A stretch of 64,000 nt of DNA from an uncultured Rivularia sp. (GTDB taxonomy: Bacteria; Cyanobacteriota; Cyanobacteriia; Cyanobacteriales; Nostocaceae): assembly GCA_963665115.1 (NCBI GenBank), contig OY762007.1, positions 6,656,001-6,720,000 of the forward strand, given 5' to 3'. The notes beneath the pieces are model-generated. The model saw nothing but the letters and a program-made list of their open reading frames with translations, made no database searches and was not told the DNA's origin. The position numbers and the translations under genes were made by a program. Shown here one piece after another: positions 36,089 through 45,381 of the stretch. Every line of letters begins with the position of its first letter. Within the stretch, counting starts at the first letter, position 1.

Positions 36089-36155
36089 GTATACATGAAG
36101 CGCAAACTAAATCGCTTTTCACCAAATACTCAATTAAATTTCAGGTCAAATTATC

Positions 36156-36509
36156 ATGTTAAAACAAAAATTATCTGCGTCTTTAATAGTTGTTAATGCT
36201 TTAGCTGGATTATCAATTGCAAGCGCAGCTTTTGCAGCAACTCCTCCCTCAACAAAACTTTGTCCTGAAGGTTGGGTTCCCGCTCCAAATCCCCAAATTA
36301 GCTGCATTCCAAATCAAATCAAAAACCCAGGAACAACTCGACCAATCAGGAAAAAGCCACCTTCAAATAGAATTTGTCCTGAAGGTTGGGTTCCTGCGAC
36401 ACCTCCTTTAAATCCTCAACTTGGATGCATTCCAAATCAAATCAAAAATCCAGGAACAACTCGACCAATTAAGAAAACTACACCTGCTCAACAAATAAAA
36501 GTTCGTTGA
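36156..36509 (+). CDS. Small secreted Pro/Cys-rich protein with two internal repeats
   Basis: Signal-peptide-like N-terminus ending AAFA; two repeats CPEGWVPA(x)NPQxxCIPNQIKNPGTTRPI starting 114 nt apart. Confidence 0.8.
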   Translation: MLKQKLSASLIVVNALAGLSIASAAFAATPPSTKLCPEGWVPAPNPQISCIPNQIKNPGTTRPIRKKPPSNRICPEGWVPATPPLNPQLGCIPNQIKNPGTTRPIKKTTPAQQIKVR

Positions 36510-36611
36510 TAGATATCAGATAGTTTGAGAAGAAATGAATAGGACTTCCCTCTTCTTATTAAGGCTAAGGTGTACACAGAAGTCCTACCCGTCTTCGTTT
36601 CAGTCTATGAC

Positions 36612-36687
36612 TGCCCCCTAAATTCCCCAATTCTGGGGGACGCAGGAAAATATTCTTGTCCCCCCAATTTTGGGGGCTAGGGGGCGA
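36612..36687. repeat. GC-rich palindromic dispersed repeat
   Basis: GCCCCCTA...CCCCAATTCTGGGGG...CCCCCAATTTTGGGGGCTAGGGGGC nested palindromes. Confidence 0.6.
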
Positions 36688-36974
36688 TTCGGTGAGGCTT
36701 GATATTACTTATTTTGTTATGACTTAAAAAAAGTCACCATAGGATAAAAACAGGTATTAAAAATAGGTACTTGCCTTCCAAAATAGGGAAAAGTCAGTTG
36801 CAGTATTGTAGGGATTTTTAAACAATAATTCAGACCATTATTTAAAGATTAAGCCAAAATACTTCCACCTATTTGATATTTATGTTTGGATGATGATTTA
36901 ATCACGACGAGAGGAAAAAATATTCCTTTGAGAATAGTATATTGAGTTTTAAATAATTTAAATAAAATTAAATA

Positions 36975-37018
36975 CCTGAGTTTATCCTATTTTGTAAAAT
37001 CAAAATTCAAGACATAAT
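36975..37018 (+). promoter_or_regulatory. Same operator/promoter motif upstream of the serine hydrolase
   Basis: CCTGA 36975, CCTAT 36986; 22 nt, then CATAAT 37013. Confidence 0.7.
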
Positions 37019-37150
37019 TATATATATCATCTGAATCAAGTTAATGAAAAAGACGGATGATTAAAATATTTCTGAATTATAACTTCAAGGGTGCATAAAT
37101 ATTTGTTCTCGAAAGTATACATAACTAAAGGCTAAATTTTTTGAATCAAT

Positions 37151-39004
37151 ATGAAATTAACTACTTTTGTAACTTCAATTGCAATTGGACTTGTTTTATC
37201 TCCGATTATTTCTAACCCAGTATTTGCAGGAACTATCTCCGACCCCAATGATGTTAATTGGGCATCAATTCGCGGTTTAAGTAGCAATGCATTTGGTAAG
37301 TATTTCCAGAAGAAAAAATCCCAAGGTTATCGCGTTATAGATATTGAAGTAGATAAAATTGGCGGTCAAACTCGTTATTCTGCCATATATCAAAAGAATA
37401 TCGACAAACGGGGCTGGGCTAGCTTACGTAATCTTACTCACGAACAATTTTCTCAACGATGGAAAGATTACCGCGCTAAAGGTTATCGACTCATTGACCA
37501 AGAAGCCTATAAAATTGGCTCTCAGCGTCTTTATGCTGGTGTATGGGAAGAGAACAAGGAAAAGCTAGGTTGGGTATCCTACCGTAACGTAGATAGTGCC
37601 GAATTTTCTAAGCGCTTCAAAAATTACAAGAGCCAGGGGTATCGCATCGTTGATGTGGAAGCATACCCTAGTGGTGGTAAAACAAAATATTCCGCGATTT
37701 GGGTCAAAAATACAGCGGGTTTAGGTTGGGCAGAATATCGAGATATGTCTAAATCAAGCTATGCTTCCAAGTTTAAGGAATTTAAACAAAAAGGTTATCG
37801 AGTTTTAGATATTGAATCCTACAAGCAAGGTTCAACACAAAAATATGCTGCAATTTGGGTGAAAAATACCAACGGTAGAGGTTGGGCTGCTCGTCGGGAT
37901 ATGGATGCTAATTGGTTTGGCAACTGGTGGAAAACTTATAAAGACGAAGGATATCGACTAGTCGATTTTGAAGCCTACCCAACCGCTCAAGGTACCCGCT
38001 ATGCTGGAGTTTGGAGACAGAATGGCAATCGTCTTAATTGGTCTGGAAAAACAACTGTTGATAATGCAATTAAGCAATACAAAAACGAAAATAAACTAGC
38101 TGGAATCAGCGTTGCAATTGCTCGAAATGGCAAGATAATTTATTCCCGTGGATTTGGTTTTGCAGATATTGAAAACAAGAAAGTTTATAGTGCTGATACT
38201 GTTTCCAGACATGCATCGGTTAGTAAATTAGTAACAGCATTGTTAACCATGCGTTTGCTGGATTTAAATCAAATTTCTCTTGATAAATCCACTCGTTCTT
38301 ATGTCTCTAGTTTACCCAACCATCACACCCATACAGTTGAGCAATTGATGCGTCACCGTTCGGGTATTCGACACTATCGAGGTAGCAAACGCAAAAATTG
38401 TGAAGTTCCTAATAATTCAGCTTGGAAAGATTCTAGTAATACGCAATATTCTACCGCTACCCAAGCAGCGACTCTGTTCCAAAGCAATCCATTAATGTTT
38501 TCACCAGGTTCTAAGAGATGTTACACCACTCATGGTTATACAGTCTTAGGAGCAGCTTTAGAAGGTGCTACAAATAAATCATTTTCGGGATTGATTAACC
38601 GTGAAATAAATCAAAGACTTAATATACCAACTCTTAAACCAGAATTTCGCAATCAATCGAATCCGGAACGAGCTAAAATCTACTCTTTATCAAACGGTAA
38701 AAGCGTACCTGCGAAACGCGATAATCTAAGCTGGAAATATCCTGGTGGTGGATTAGAATCATCTGCAATAGATTTGACTCGTTTGGGAATGAAGGTTTTG
38801 GATGGTTCTTTTGTTTCAGAAAAATCACTGAATACTTATTCTACTAATAATAAATTATCCCACAGTGGATCTCAAAGGGGTGCTAAGTCTTATTGGTGGA
38901 TGAATCGCAGCGATAAAACCGTAATTAGTGTTCTTACCAATCAAAGCAGTGGAAATCCTGGGGAATTAACTAAAACCATTGAAGGTATTTTGCAGAAGAA
39001 TTAA
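37151..39004 (+). CDS. Secreted serine hydrolase: five ~50-aa tandem repeats plus beta-lactamase-like domain (polyglycine-hydrolase-like architecture)
   Basis: Signal peptide ending VFA; five W...GYR.....E......Y..(I/V)W repeats; SxxK (SVSK), LMRHRSG, YTT at the YxN position, HSG triad. Confidence 0.85.
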   Translation: MKLTTFVTSIAIGLVLSPIISNPVFAGTISDPNDVNWASIRGLSSNAFGKYFQKKKSQGYRVIDIEVDKIGGQTRYSAIYQKNIDKRGWASLRNLTHEQFSQRWKDYRAKGYRLIDQEAYKIGSQRLYAGVWEENKEKLGWVSYRNVDSAEFSKRFKNYKSQGYRIVDVEAYPSGGKTKYSAIWVKNTAGLGWAEYRDMSKSSYASKFKEFKQKGYRVLDIESYKQGSTQKYAAIWVKNTNGRGWAARRDMDANWFGNWWKTYKDEGYRLVDFEAYPTAQGTRYAGVWRQNGNRLNWSGKTTVDNAIKQYKNENKLAGISVAIARNGKIIYSRGFGFADIENKKVYSADTVSRHASVSKLVTALLTMRLLDLNQISLDKSTRSYVSSLPNHHTHTVEQLMRHRSGIRHYRGSKRKNCEVPNNSAWKDSSNTQYSTATQAATLFQSNPLMFSPGSKRCYTTHGYTVLGAALEGATNKSFSGLINREINQRLNIPTLKPEFRNQSNPERAKIYSLSNGKSVPAKRDNLSWKYPGGGLESSAIDLTRLGMKVLDGSFVSEKSLNTYSTNNKLSHSGSQRGAKSYWWMNRSDKTVISVLTNQSSGNPGELTKTIEGILQKN

Positions 39005-39046
39005 GCACAACTAGAGAATTCTTATATCTTATTTTGATTGACATAC

Positions 39047-39072
39047 CCACCCAGTAAATGGGTGGAATTTTT
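39047..39072 (+). terminator. Putative terminator
   Basis: CCACCCA-GTAAA-TGGGTGG followed by AATTTTT. Confidence 0.6.
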
Positions 39073-39247
39073 ATACTTATTTCAAAACATGATATTGATA
39101 GAAAATTAGGAACGGCAAATATTTCTTAATACTACGATTTATTGAATTAATAAACTTATAAATTGTGAAAATTAAGAAACCGGCTTTTGTTAAATAGCCT
39201 GGTTTTATTTTGTTCAATATTAGTCTTGTGATTCGATTAATAAATGA

Positions 39248-39367
39248 CCTGATTTTACCCGATTTTTTCCTATATATTACCTGAAAAGTTTGCATCTTAT
39301 AGAATTTGAGATTATTTATAGAACCTGATTTACTCCTATTGGTATTTTAATTAATTGAATTCATTAT
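39248..39367 (+). promoter_or_regulatory. Same operator array and promoter motif upstream of the 39440 gene
   Basis: CCTGA 39248, CCCGA 39258, CCTAT 39269, CCTGA 39280; CCTGA 39324, CCTAT 39335; 22 nt, then CATTAT 39362. Confidence 0.72.
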
Positions 39368-39439
39368 ATATACATGAAGCAAACAAACTTGCTTTTTATT
39401 AAACATTTAATTGACGCTAAATTATCTTCAGGAGAAAAA

Positions 39440-40255
39440 ATGAAATTACAAAAATTAATTGCAGCACCAATTGCTCTCGGATTGACTATCGGTAGCTTTC
39501 CCCTAGTAAATTCACCCGCTCATGCAAAAACTGTGAGAGTTCCTATCCCTAAATCAGTAGTTAGTACAGCATTTAACGCAGCATTAAGTTCAACTAAAAT
39601 TCATCTTGATAATTATGGAAGTAAGCGTGGAACTACTTGGCACAAAGACACCAGCTATATTTTATTTCCTAATGGAGTCAAGAAATCAATTCCGATTCCC
39701 GAATACACATTTAAGGTAACAAAATTTCGACAGTTGAAATACTATATAGATGATATGAACACCTCATCTATCAAAAGTACTATCAACGGTAGCCGGATTA
39801 AAACAAATCTCTATTTTGAAAGCCAAGGTGAGGAAGTAAAAGCTAAATGTATCCGCAGAAGATTGAAAAAATGGAATGAATGTTCTCTCAAAATGGAACG
39901 AGATATTCATTTGAATAACTCAATTCTTTCCATGTCTTTGCGACCTGTTGCTTATAAAGGTTCTATTTCCTATGCTAATCCAGCAGTAGACTTTAAAACT
40001 GATTTACGAATTGCTAGTAAACTATGTCAAAGTTTCAAAGGTATTTGTAAAAATATTGAAGGTAGAATAAAAAACGAATTAACCAACAATATTGAAAACA
40101 GACTTGCTAGTGGTCTGAATAGTTCAGCAGTAAGAGCCAAGGTAGCAAGCTCAGTGAAAAATTCACTCAAAGGTAATTTGGGTAAATACAAGAATTGGAA
40201 AATTGTTTCAATTAAGAGTCGGGGTAACAAATTCGTTTTAGAACTGAGTAAATAG
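39440..40255 (+). CDS. Secreted Lys/Arg-rich hypothetical protein
   Basis: AGGAG RBS before ATG 39440; signal peptide MKLQKLIAAPIALGLTIG...PAHA; four Cys. Confidence 0.8.
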   Translation: MKLQKLIAAPIALGLTIGSFPLVNSPAHAKTVRVPIPKSVVSTAFNAALSSTKIHLDNYGSKRGTTWHKDTSYILFPNGVKKSIPIPEYTFKVTKFRQLKYYIDDMNTSSIKSTINGSRIKTNLYFESQGEEVKAKCIRRRLKKWNECSLKMERDIHLNNSILSMSLRPVAYKGSISYANPAVDFKTDLRIASKLCQSFKGICKNIEGRIKNELTNNIENRLASGLNSSAVRAKVASSVKNSLKGNLGKYKNWKIVSIKSRGNKFVLELSK

Positions 40256-40425
40256 AATTTTGTGAAGTAAGCAATAAAGCTAGCTATCGAGACGGCTTTA
40301 TGTTTTTTACAAAATATGTGTAAGTAAAATTCCAACGGTTTGTAGAGACGTAGCAATGCTACGTCTCTAGACAATTTTGGATATAAACTAATCAATTACC
40401 AATTACCAATTACCAATTACCAATA

Positions 40426-41877
40426 TTAAATCAAAACCCGTTGAAAATAATCTCTATATAAATTACAGCTAGGTTTGACACAATTATCCGATTGTTCTAC
40501 TAAACCAAGACTATGCAATTTATAAATCAAAATTGAATTTAATTCCACCGGTGAAGCTGAATTCACAACAACCTTAAAAGCATCAATCAATTCTAGAGAT
40601 TTTTGTATCAGTTCAAAATATCCCCGTAAATGATTGCTGTAAATCCCCGCTTCTGTAGAAGCTTCTTGCAATATTGTATGCAGGTTTATTTTTTTATAAC
40701 TAACTTCATACATTGCTAATCTAAGTAAAAAGGGATGACCTCCTACTAATTTAATTAGCTGTTCTATCTGTGTTTGATTCCAATTTAAACTGTGTTTTGC
40801 AACTAATTTTTCAACTTGCTGTCGATCAAATTCGACTAATTCTACAGGTACCCCTGCATTAAATGGAGATTGATTAATATCTAAAGGAACGTAAACTTCC
40901 GTAGAATGCGCTATTACTAAACGTAATTTTGTCCAAATTTCCGAAATTTTACCTTTTTCATGCCAACTCCGTAGCATTCCGAAAAAGTCTTCAATAATTT
41001 CTGTATAAGCAAAAATTTTATCTATATTATCTAATGCTAATACTATAGGATAATTTATTTCGGTAAGTAAATATTCTTCAAAATATACAGTACAGTTATC
41101 ATTACTACCTAAAATCTCAGAATCCCAATAATCATTTAATTGATTTTCTAATTTTAATTGTCTGCTAGCCATACAGCAAAGCCAGCGCAGGAATTTATCT
41201 AAATCTGTTAAAATTCTCCGCTCTACGCTACTTAAATCTAAATAAACAGTGTGATAATTTTGGTGATTGGCATTAGCGATAATTCTATTTGTTAAAGAAG
41301 TCTTACCCATTAACTTCGGTGCTTTTATTCTAATTAAAGACCCAGGTTTGGTAATTGTGTCGTAACAAAGATTTTCTAAATTGTTTCTTTCAATATAAAA
41401 ATTAGAATCTGGTGCTACAGAACCCTCTGGAAAAGGTATATTATTTATTTGTTTTTTTATTTGTGGTGTGACAACAAGTAATTCTTCTCTAACTTCGCTA
41501 ACAACAGGATTGTTTTGTTTATGGTTTTGTTTCTCCCAAAGTCTTCTTAATGCTGCTAAAAAATTCTTTTTAGTAACTTTTTCCCCCAAAGACTGGGACA
41601 GTTTATGCCATAATTTATTACCTACATCCTTATTTAAATATTCAGCGCTATAGCCGTAATTAACAGCCATTTCATCATAAGTTTTCTGCATCCAAGAAGC
41701 TTGAAGCACTTTAACTTCAATATCGCTAAGATATTTTCCCGTAGTCTTGAACAAAACACAATCCGCAACTTGTTTTAAATCGCTCCAATCAAAATCAGAA
41801 ATAGAATCAATATTCACTTTTAAATCAGATAAACTATCAGTCATTTGAAGCATAAATTTATCCCCGAACCGTAGCAT
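40426..41877 (-). CDS. N-terminal HTH plus AAA_35-type NTPase, putative transcriptional regulator
   Basis: LSDIEVKVLQASWMQKTYDEMAVNYGYSAEYL HTH-like segment; Walker A APKLMGKTS, Walker B LALDNID, SPFNAG, GGHPFL; no TM helix. Start codon uncertain. Confidence 0.82.
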   Translation of the reverse strand: MLRFGDKFMLQMTDSLSDLKVNIDSISDFDWSDLKQVADCVLFKTTGKYLSDIEVKVLQASWMQKTYDEMAVNYGYSAEYLNKDVGNKLWHKLSQSLGEKVTKKNFLAALRRLWEKQNHKQNNPVVSEVREELLVVTPQIKKQINNIPFPEGSVAPDSNFYIERNNLENLCYDTITKPGSLIRIKAPKLMGKTSLTNRIIANANHQNYHTVYLDLSSVERRILTDLDKFLRWLCCMASRQLKLENQLNDYWDSEILGSNDNCTVYFEEYLLTEINYPIVLALDNIDKIFAYTEIIEDFFGMLRSWHEKGKISEIWTKLRLVIAHSTEVYVPLDINQSPFNAGVPVELVEFDRQQVEKLVAKHSLNWNQTQIEQLIKLVGGHPFLLRLAMYEVSYKKINLHTILQEASTEAGIYSNHLRGYFELIQKSLELIDAFKVVVNSASPVELNSILIYKLHSLGLVEQSDNCVKPSCNLYRDYFQRVLI

Positions 41878-42156
41878 TGTTTAAATACAGCATGAAAATT
41901 TAGCATTACTGATTTGAAGCAATTATCTGCTGCACTACTTATCTACATCCTGTATGCACTCTTGGATTGTTATTTATGCAAAGCAATATAAAACTTAAGA
42001 TTAAAGGTTAAACGTCAAATATTTTAACTCCTAACTCCTAACTCCAAACTCCAAATTCCTAACTCCAAACTCCCAAATAAACTTTTCTCAAATTAAATTG
42101 TTATTCTCCTCACACAACTGGGTATCTTGTAATTAGTTTACTGCTGTGTGTTAGTC

Positions 42157-43122
42157 ATGAAGTCTGTTGAAGAGACTACGTTTTCTGCCGATATAACTCA
42201 AGATTCCCCGGTAGTTCTGACTTCGGAGCTACGAAAGGTTTACCGCACTGGTTTTTGGATGAATCAAAAAATCGTGTCTCTCAAAAGCTGTTCTTTGCAA
42301 GTTTACCGTGGGGAGACTTTTGGCTTGCTGGGACGAAATGGTGCTGGTAAAACTACTCTATTAAAATTATTGCTGGGAATAATTCATCCTACATCCGGAC
42401 GAGGTTTATTGCTGAGTAAACCACTTGGCGATCGCGCTGCCAAACAAAGTATCGGCTATTTACCGGAAAATGCTTATCTATATGATTTTCTCACTGGTTG
42501 GGAATTTCTGGTTTGGAGCGCTCAATTATTCCAAATTCCCAAAAAAGTTCAAAAACAACGCATTCCTCAATTGCTAGATTTGGTTGGATTGTCTAAATTT
42601 GATGCTCGTAAAAAACAGATGCGCCGTTACAGTAAGGGAATGCAACAGCGTGTTGCAATGGCGCAAACTTTAATTAACGATCCAGATTTGATATTTCTGG
42701 ACGAACCAATGTCTGGTTTAGATCCCGTAGGGCGCTACCAGATGCGCGAAATTATTTTAAACCTGAAGCAGCAGGGTAAGACAATTTTTTTCAACAGCCA
42801 CATTCTTAACGAAGTAGAATTGATTTGCGATCGGATTGCGATTCTTAATAAAGGTGAGTTAATTTGTTCTGGCAATGTTTCCCAACTATTAGGAACGCCA
42901 AACACATATCGAGTCAAAGGTAAAGGTGGCGATTGGGAAAGTTTACAAAAGTGGATGCCCAATCTCGAATCTTTATCCGATGGCTGTTGGCAAGGTGAGT
43001 TGGAAGGAGAAATGTACGATTTTCTCGCCAGTCTTCGTTTAATGGGGGGATATTTACTTACATTAACAGCCTACCGACCTTCTTTAGAAGAGTTTTTTAT
43101 GCAAAAAATTCAGGGGCTTTAG
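42157..43122 (+). CDS. ABC transporter ATP-binding protein
   Basis: GRNGAGKTT, YSKGMQQR, FLDEP, NSH. Confidence 0.93.
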   Translation: MKSVEETTFSADITQDSPVVLTSELRKVYRTGFWMNQKIVSLKSCSLQVYRGETFGLLGRNGAGKTTLLKLLLGIIHPTSGRGLLLSKPLGDRAAKQSIGYLPENAYLYDFLTGWEFLVWSAQLFQIPKKVQKQRIPQLLDLVGLSKFDARKKQMRRYSKGMQQRVAMAQTLINDPDLIFLDEPMSGLDPVGRYQMREIILNLKQQGKTIFFNSHILNEVELICDRIAILNKGELICSGNVSQLLGTPNTYRVKGKGGDWESLQKWMPNLESLSDGCWQGELEGEMYDFLASLRLMGGYLLTLTAYRPSLEEFFMQKIQGL

Positions 43123-43610
43123 TTTCAGTTATCGTGGCATAGTGGAATCTACATTAATTTTACTGGCTTATGTAGTTTCAAACCCGGTTTTAAATTGTGA
43201 AGATGGTCATCTAAATTACCTAAATTAATTAAAAATAAGAATCATTCTAGATTTTTATTATGTATTCACTAAAAAAACCGGATTTATCTTCATTGAAACT
43301 GCAAAGCGGACATCATATTATCATGTAATCTTATTTAAGAAATAATAAAGCAACTTGTATATTTGAGGAATGTACTTAACACTTCAATCTCAATACAATA
43401 TGATGTATTTATTATCACTAATCCGTAGTTATTCCGTGTCGGGAGGAATGAAACTTTATCTCAACTTTACTAAAAATTCAAACTTAGGAAACAATTTCTT
43501 TATATCAAGTTCCGGTTATTTTAGAAAATAAAAGTGTAATGGAACTTGAATACTTAAGTATAGTCAAGAATATAAAATGTTAAGACGGCGGTTTACAAAT
43601 CTGAATATGA

Positions 43611-45053
43611 ATGGTGAATATGCTTAACACAGGTCTATTAAAATTTTTTGCTCGACCATTATTGGGTGTAATGTTATTAACTGCCGTTACCGTTGCTTTG
43701 GAACCAGTTAATCCAGTGGTGGCACAACAAAGAATTAGGTCAAGCTACGCATTGGGTGGAGGCGATCGCATCAAGGTAAATGTGTTTGAAGTCCCAGATT
43801 ATACTGGTGAATACGTAATTCCTCCTGGCGGAGCGGTCAACCTACCTTTGATTGGTAGCGTTCAGGTTCAGGGACTGACAACGGAACAAGCCGCTGATGC
43901 AATTGCCAGAAGATATGCTCGCTTTCTCAGACGACCGATTATTTCCGTCAATTTACTATCTCCTCGTCCGATCAACGTATTTGTTGCTGGTGAAGTAACT
44001 CGTCCGGGGGCTTATACACTGAGTTTGCAGGGTGGTGCGGGACAAGACCCAGGTATTCAATACCCAACCGTTTTAGCAGCTTTAACCACCGCTCAGGGAG
44101 TAACCCTCAGTGCTGACATCACCGAAGTGCAGTTACGTCGTCAGCTTGGGAATGGAAGACAGCAAACAGTCATTCTTAATTTAGATGACCTGATAAAAAC
44201 AGGTAGGAGTTTTCAAGATATTACCTTGCGTGATGGTGACACCGTTTTTGTCCCAACCAGCCAAAACTTTAACGTTGCAACAGCGCGTAACATCGCAGCA
44301 GCAAACTTTGCAGCCGACCCCACCAGACCCCGCACGGTAGCGGTGGTTGGTGAAGTTCAACGGCCTGGTTCTTATTTGATTACTTCGGGAGCCACACAAG
44401 GTGGTGGCAATCAAGACACTGGTGTGACAACTATCAGCGGCCAGCCAACCGTAACCCGAGCGCTGCAACAAGCTGGGGGAATTACACCACAAGCGAACGT
44501 TCGTAATGTCATAATTAGACGACCAACAAGAACGGGTACCGAGCAAATAATCAATATTGACTTGTGGAGATTGTTAACAAGTGGCGATATTGACCAAGAC
44601 GTAGTTGTTCAAGATGGAGATACAATCGTATTTCCAACTGCAACTGAGGTGAATCCAGCAGAAGCCACCCAGTTAGCGACAACAACTTTGTCTCCTTCAC
44701 AAATTCAGGTCAATGTAGTAGGAGAAGTTAAAAGACCAGGACAAGTAGAAATAAGACCTAATAGCTCTCTTAACCAAGCCTTACTTGCAGCAGGTGGATT
44801 CAACGATGCTAGGGCTACCGACGGTAAAGTCGATTTGATTCGTTTGAATCCCGATGGTTCCGTTACTAAACGTTTGGTAAAAGTAGATTTAAAGGCAGGA
44901 ATCAACGAACAAACTAATCCTATTCTTCGCAGTAATGATGTAGTGTTAGTCAGCCGTTCTGGTATAGCTAAAACTGGTGACACTATCAATACTATTGCTG
45001 GACCACTAGGTACTATTTTCAATGTTCTAAGAGTCTTCGGAATATTTAGATAA
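43611..45053 (+). CDS. Polysaccharide export protein (Wza/KpsD-like, SLBB repeats)
   Basis: YALGGGDRIKV, LPLIG, three V.GEV.RPG SLBB starts. Confidence 0.9.
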   Translation: MVNMLNTGLLKFFARPLLGVMLLTAVTVALEPVNPVVAQQRIRSSYALGGGDRIKVNVFEVPDYTGEYVIPPGGAVNLPLIGSVQVQGLTTEQAADAIARRYARFLRRPIISVNLLSPRPINVFVAGEVTRPGAYTLSLQGGAGQDPGIQYPTVLAALTTAQGVTLSADITEVQLRRQLGNGRQQTVILNLDDLIKTGRSFQDITLRDGDTVFVPTSQNFNVATARNIAAANFAADPTRPRTVAVVGEVQRPGSYLITSGATQGGGNQDTGVTTISGQPTVTRALQQAGGITPQANVRNVIIRRPTRTGTEQIINIDLWRLLTSGDIDQDVVVQDGDTIVFPTATEVNPAEATQLATTTLSPSQIQVNVVGEVKRPGQVEIRPNSSLNQALLAAGGFNDARATDGKVDLIRLNPDGSVTKRLVKVDLKAGINEQTNPILRSNDVVLVSRSGIAKTGDTINTIAGPLGTIFNVLRVFGIFR

Positions 45054-45282
45054 ACTAAGAAAAGCAAAATGTAGAGACGTTGCCGGGCGCAACGTTTCTT
45101 TAATTGGTTAGCAGCTACCAGTGGTAAGGTGTGTTGTCGCAAAGCGCGGCGCACCACAATAAATAATTATTTTTAAACAGCAAAACTCAAAAATCTATCA
45201 AAATCTATCTATCAAGGAACTTTACCGAACTTTCTTTCTTCGTTTGTAAAGTGTTGTAGTGTTAGCGCAACGCACCATAATA

Positions 45283-45381
45283 AGCTGATGTGTAGCTAAA
45301 TTGAATAAAGGACACAGTTAGAGTTATTGTAGTGCGGGCATCCTGCCCGCTTGCAATATACAAATTAAATGCACAACAGCT
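45283..45381. mobile_element. 99-bp MITE with 25-bp imperfect TIRs and TA target duplication
   Basis: TA|AGCTGATGTGTAGCTAAATTGAATA...TATACAAATTAAATGCACAACAGCT|TA; an empty-site paralogous sequence lies at 45131-45210. Confidence 0.8.

Noticed and set aside
35980..39367. CCTGA/CCTAT repeats as CRISPR, iterons or STRR
   Set aside because: They are not tandem arrays with unique spacers, there is no rep gene, and they are fixed relative to -10-like hexamers and gene starts.
39374..39439. Upstream ATG extension of the secreted protein gene
   Set aside because: It lies at the predicted transcription start; the AGGAG RBS and signal peptide support ATG 39440.
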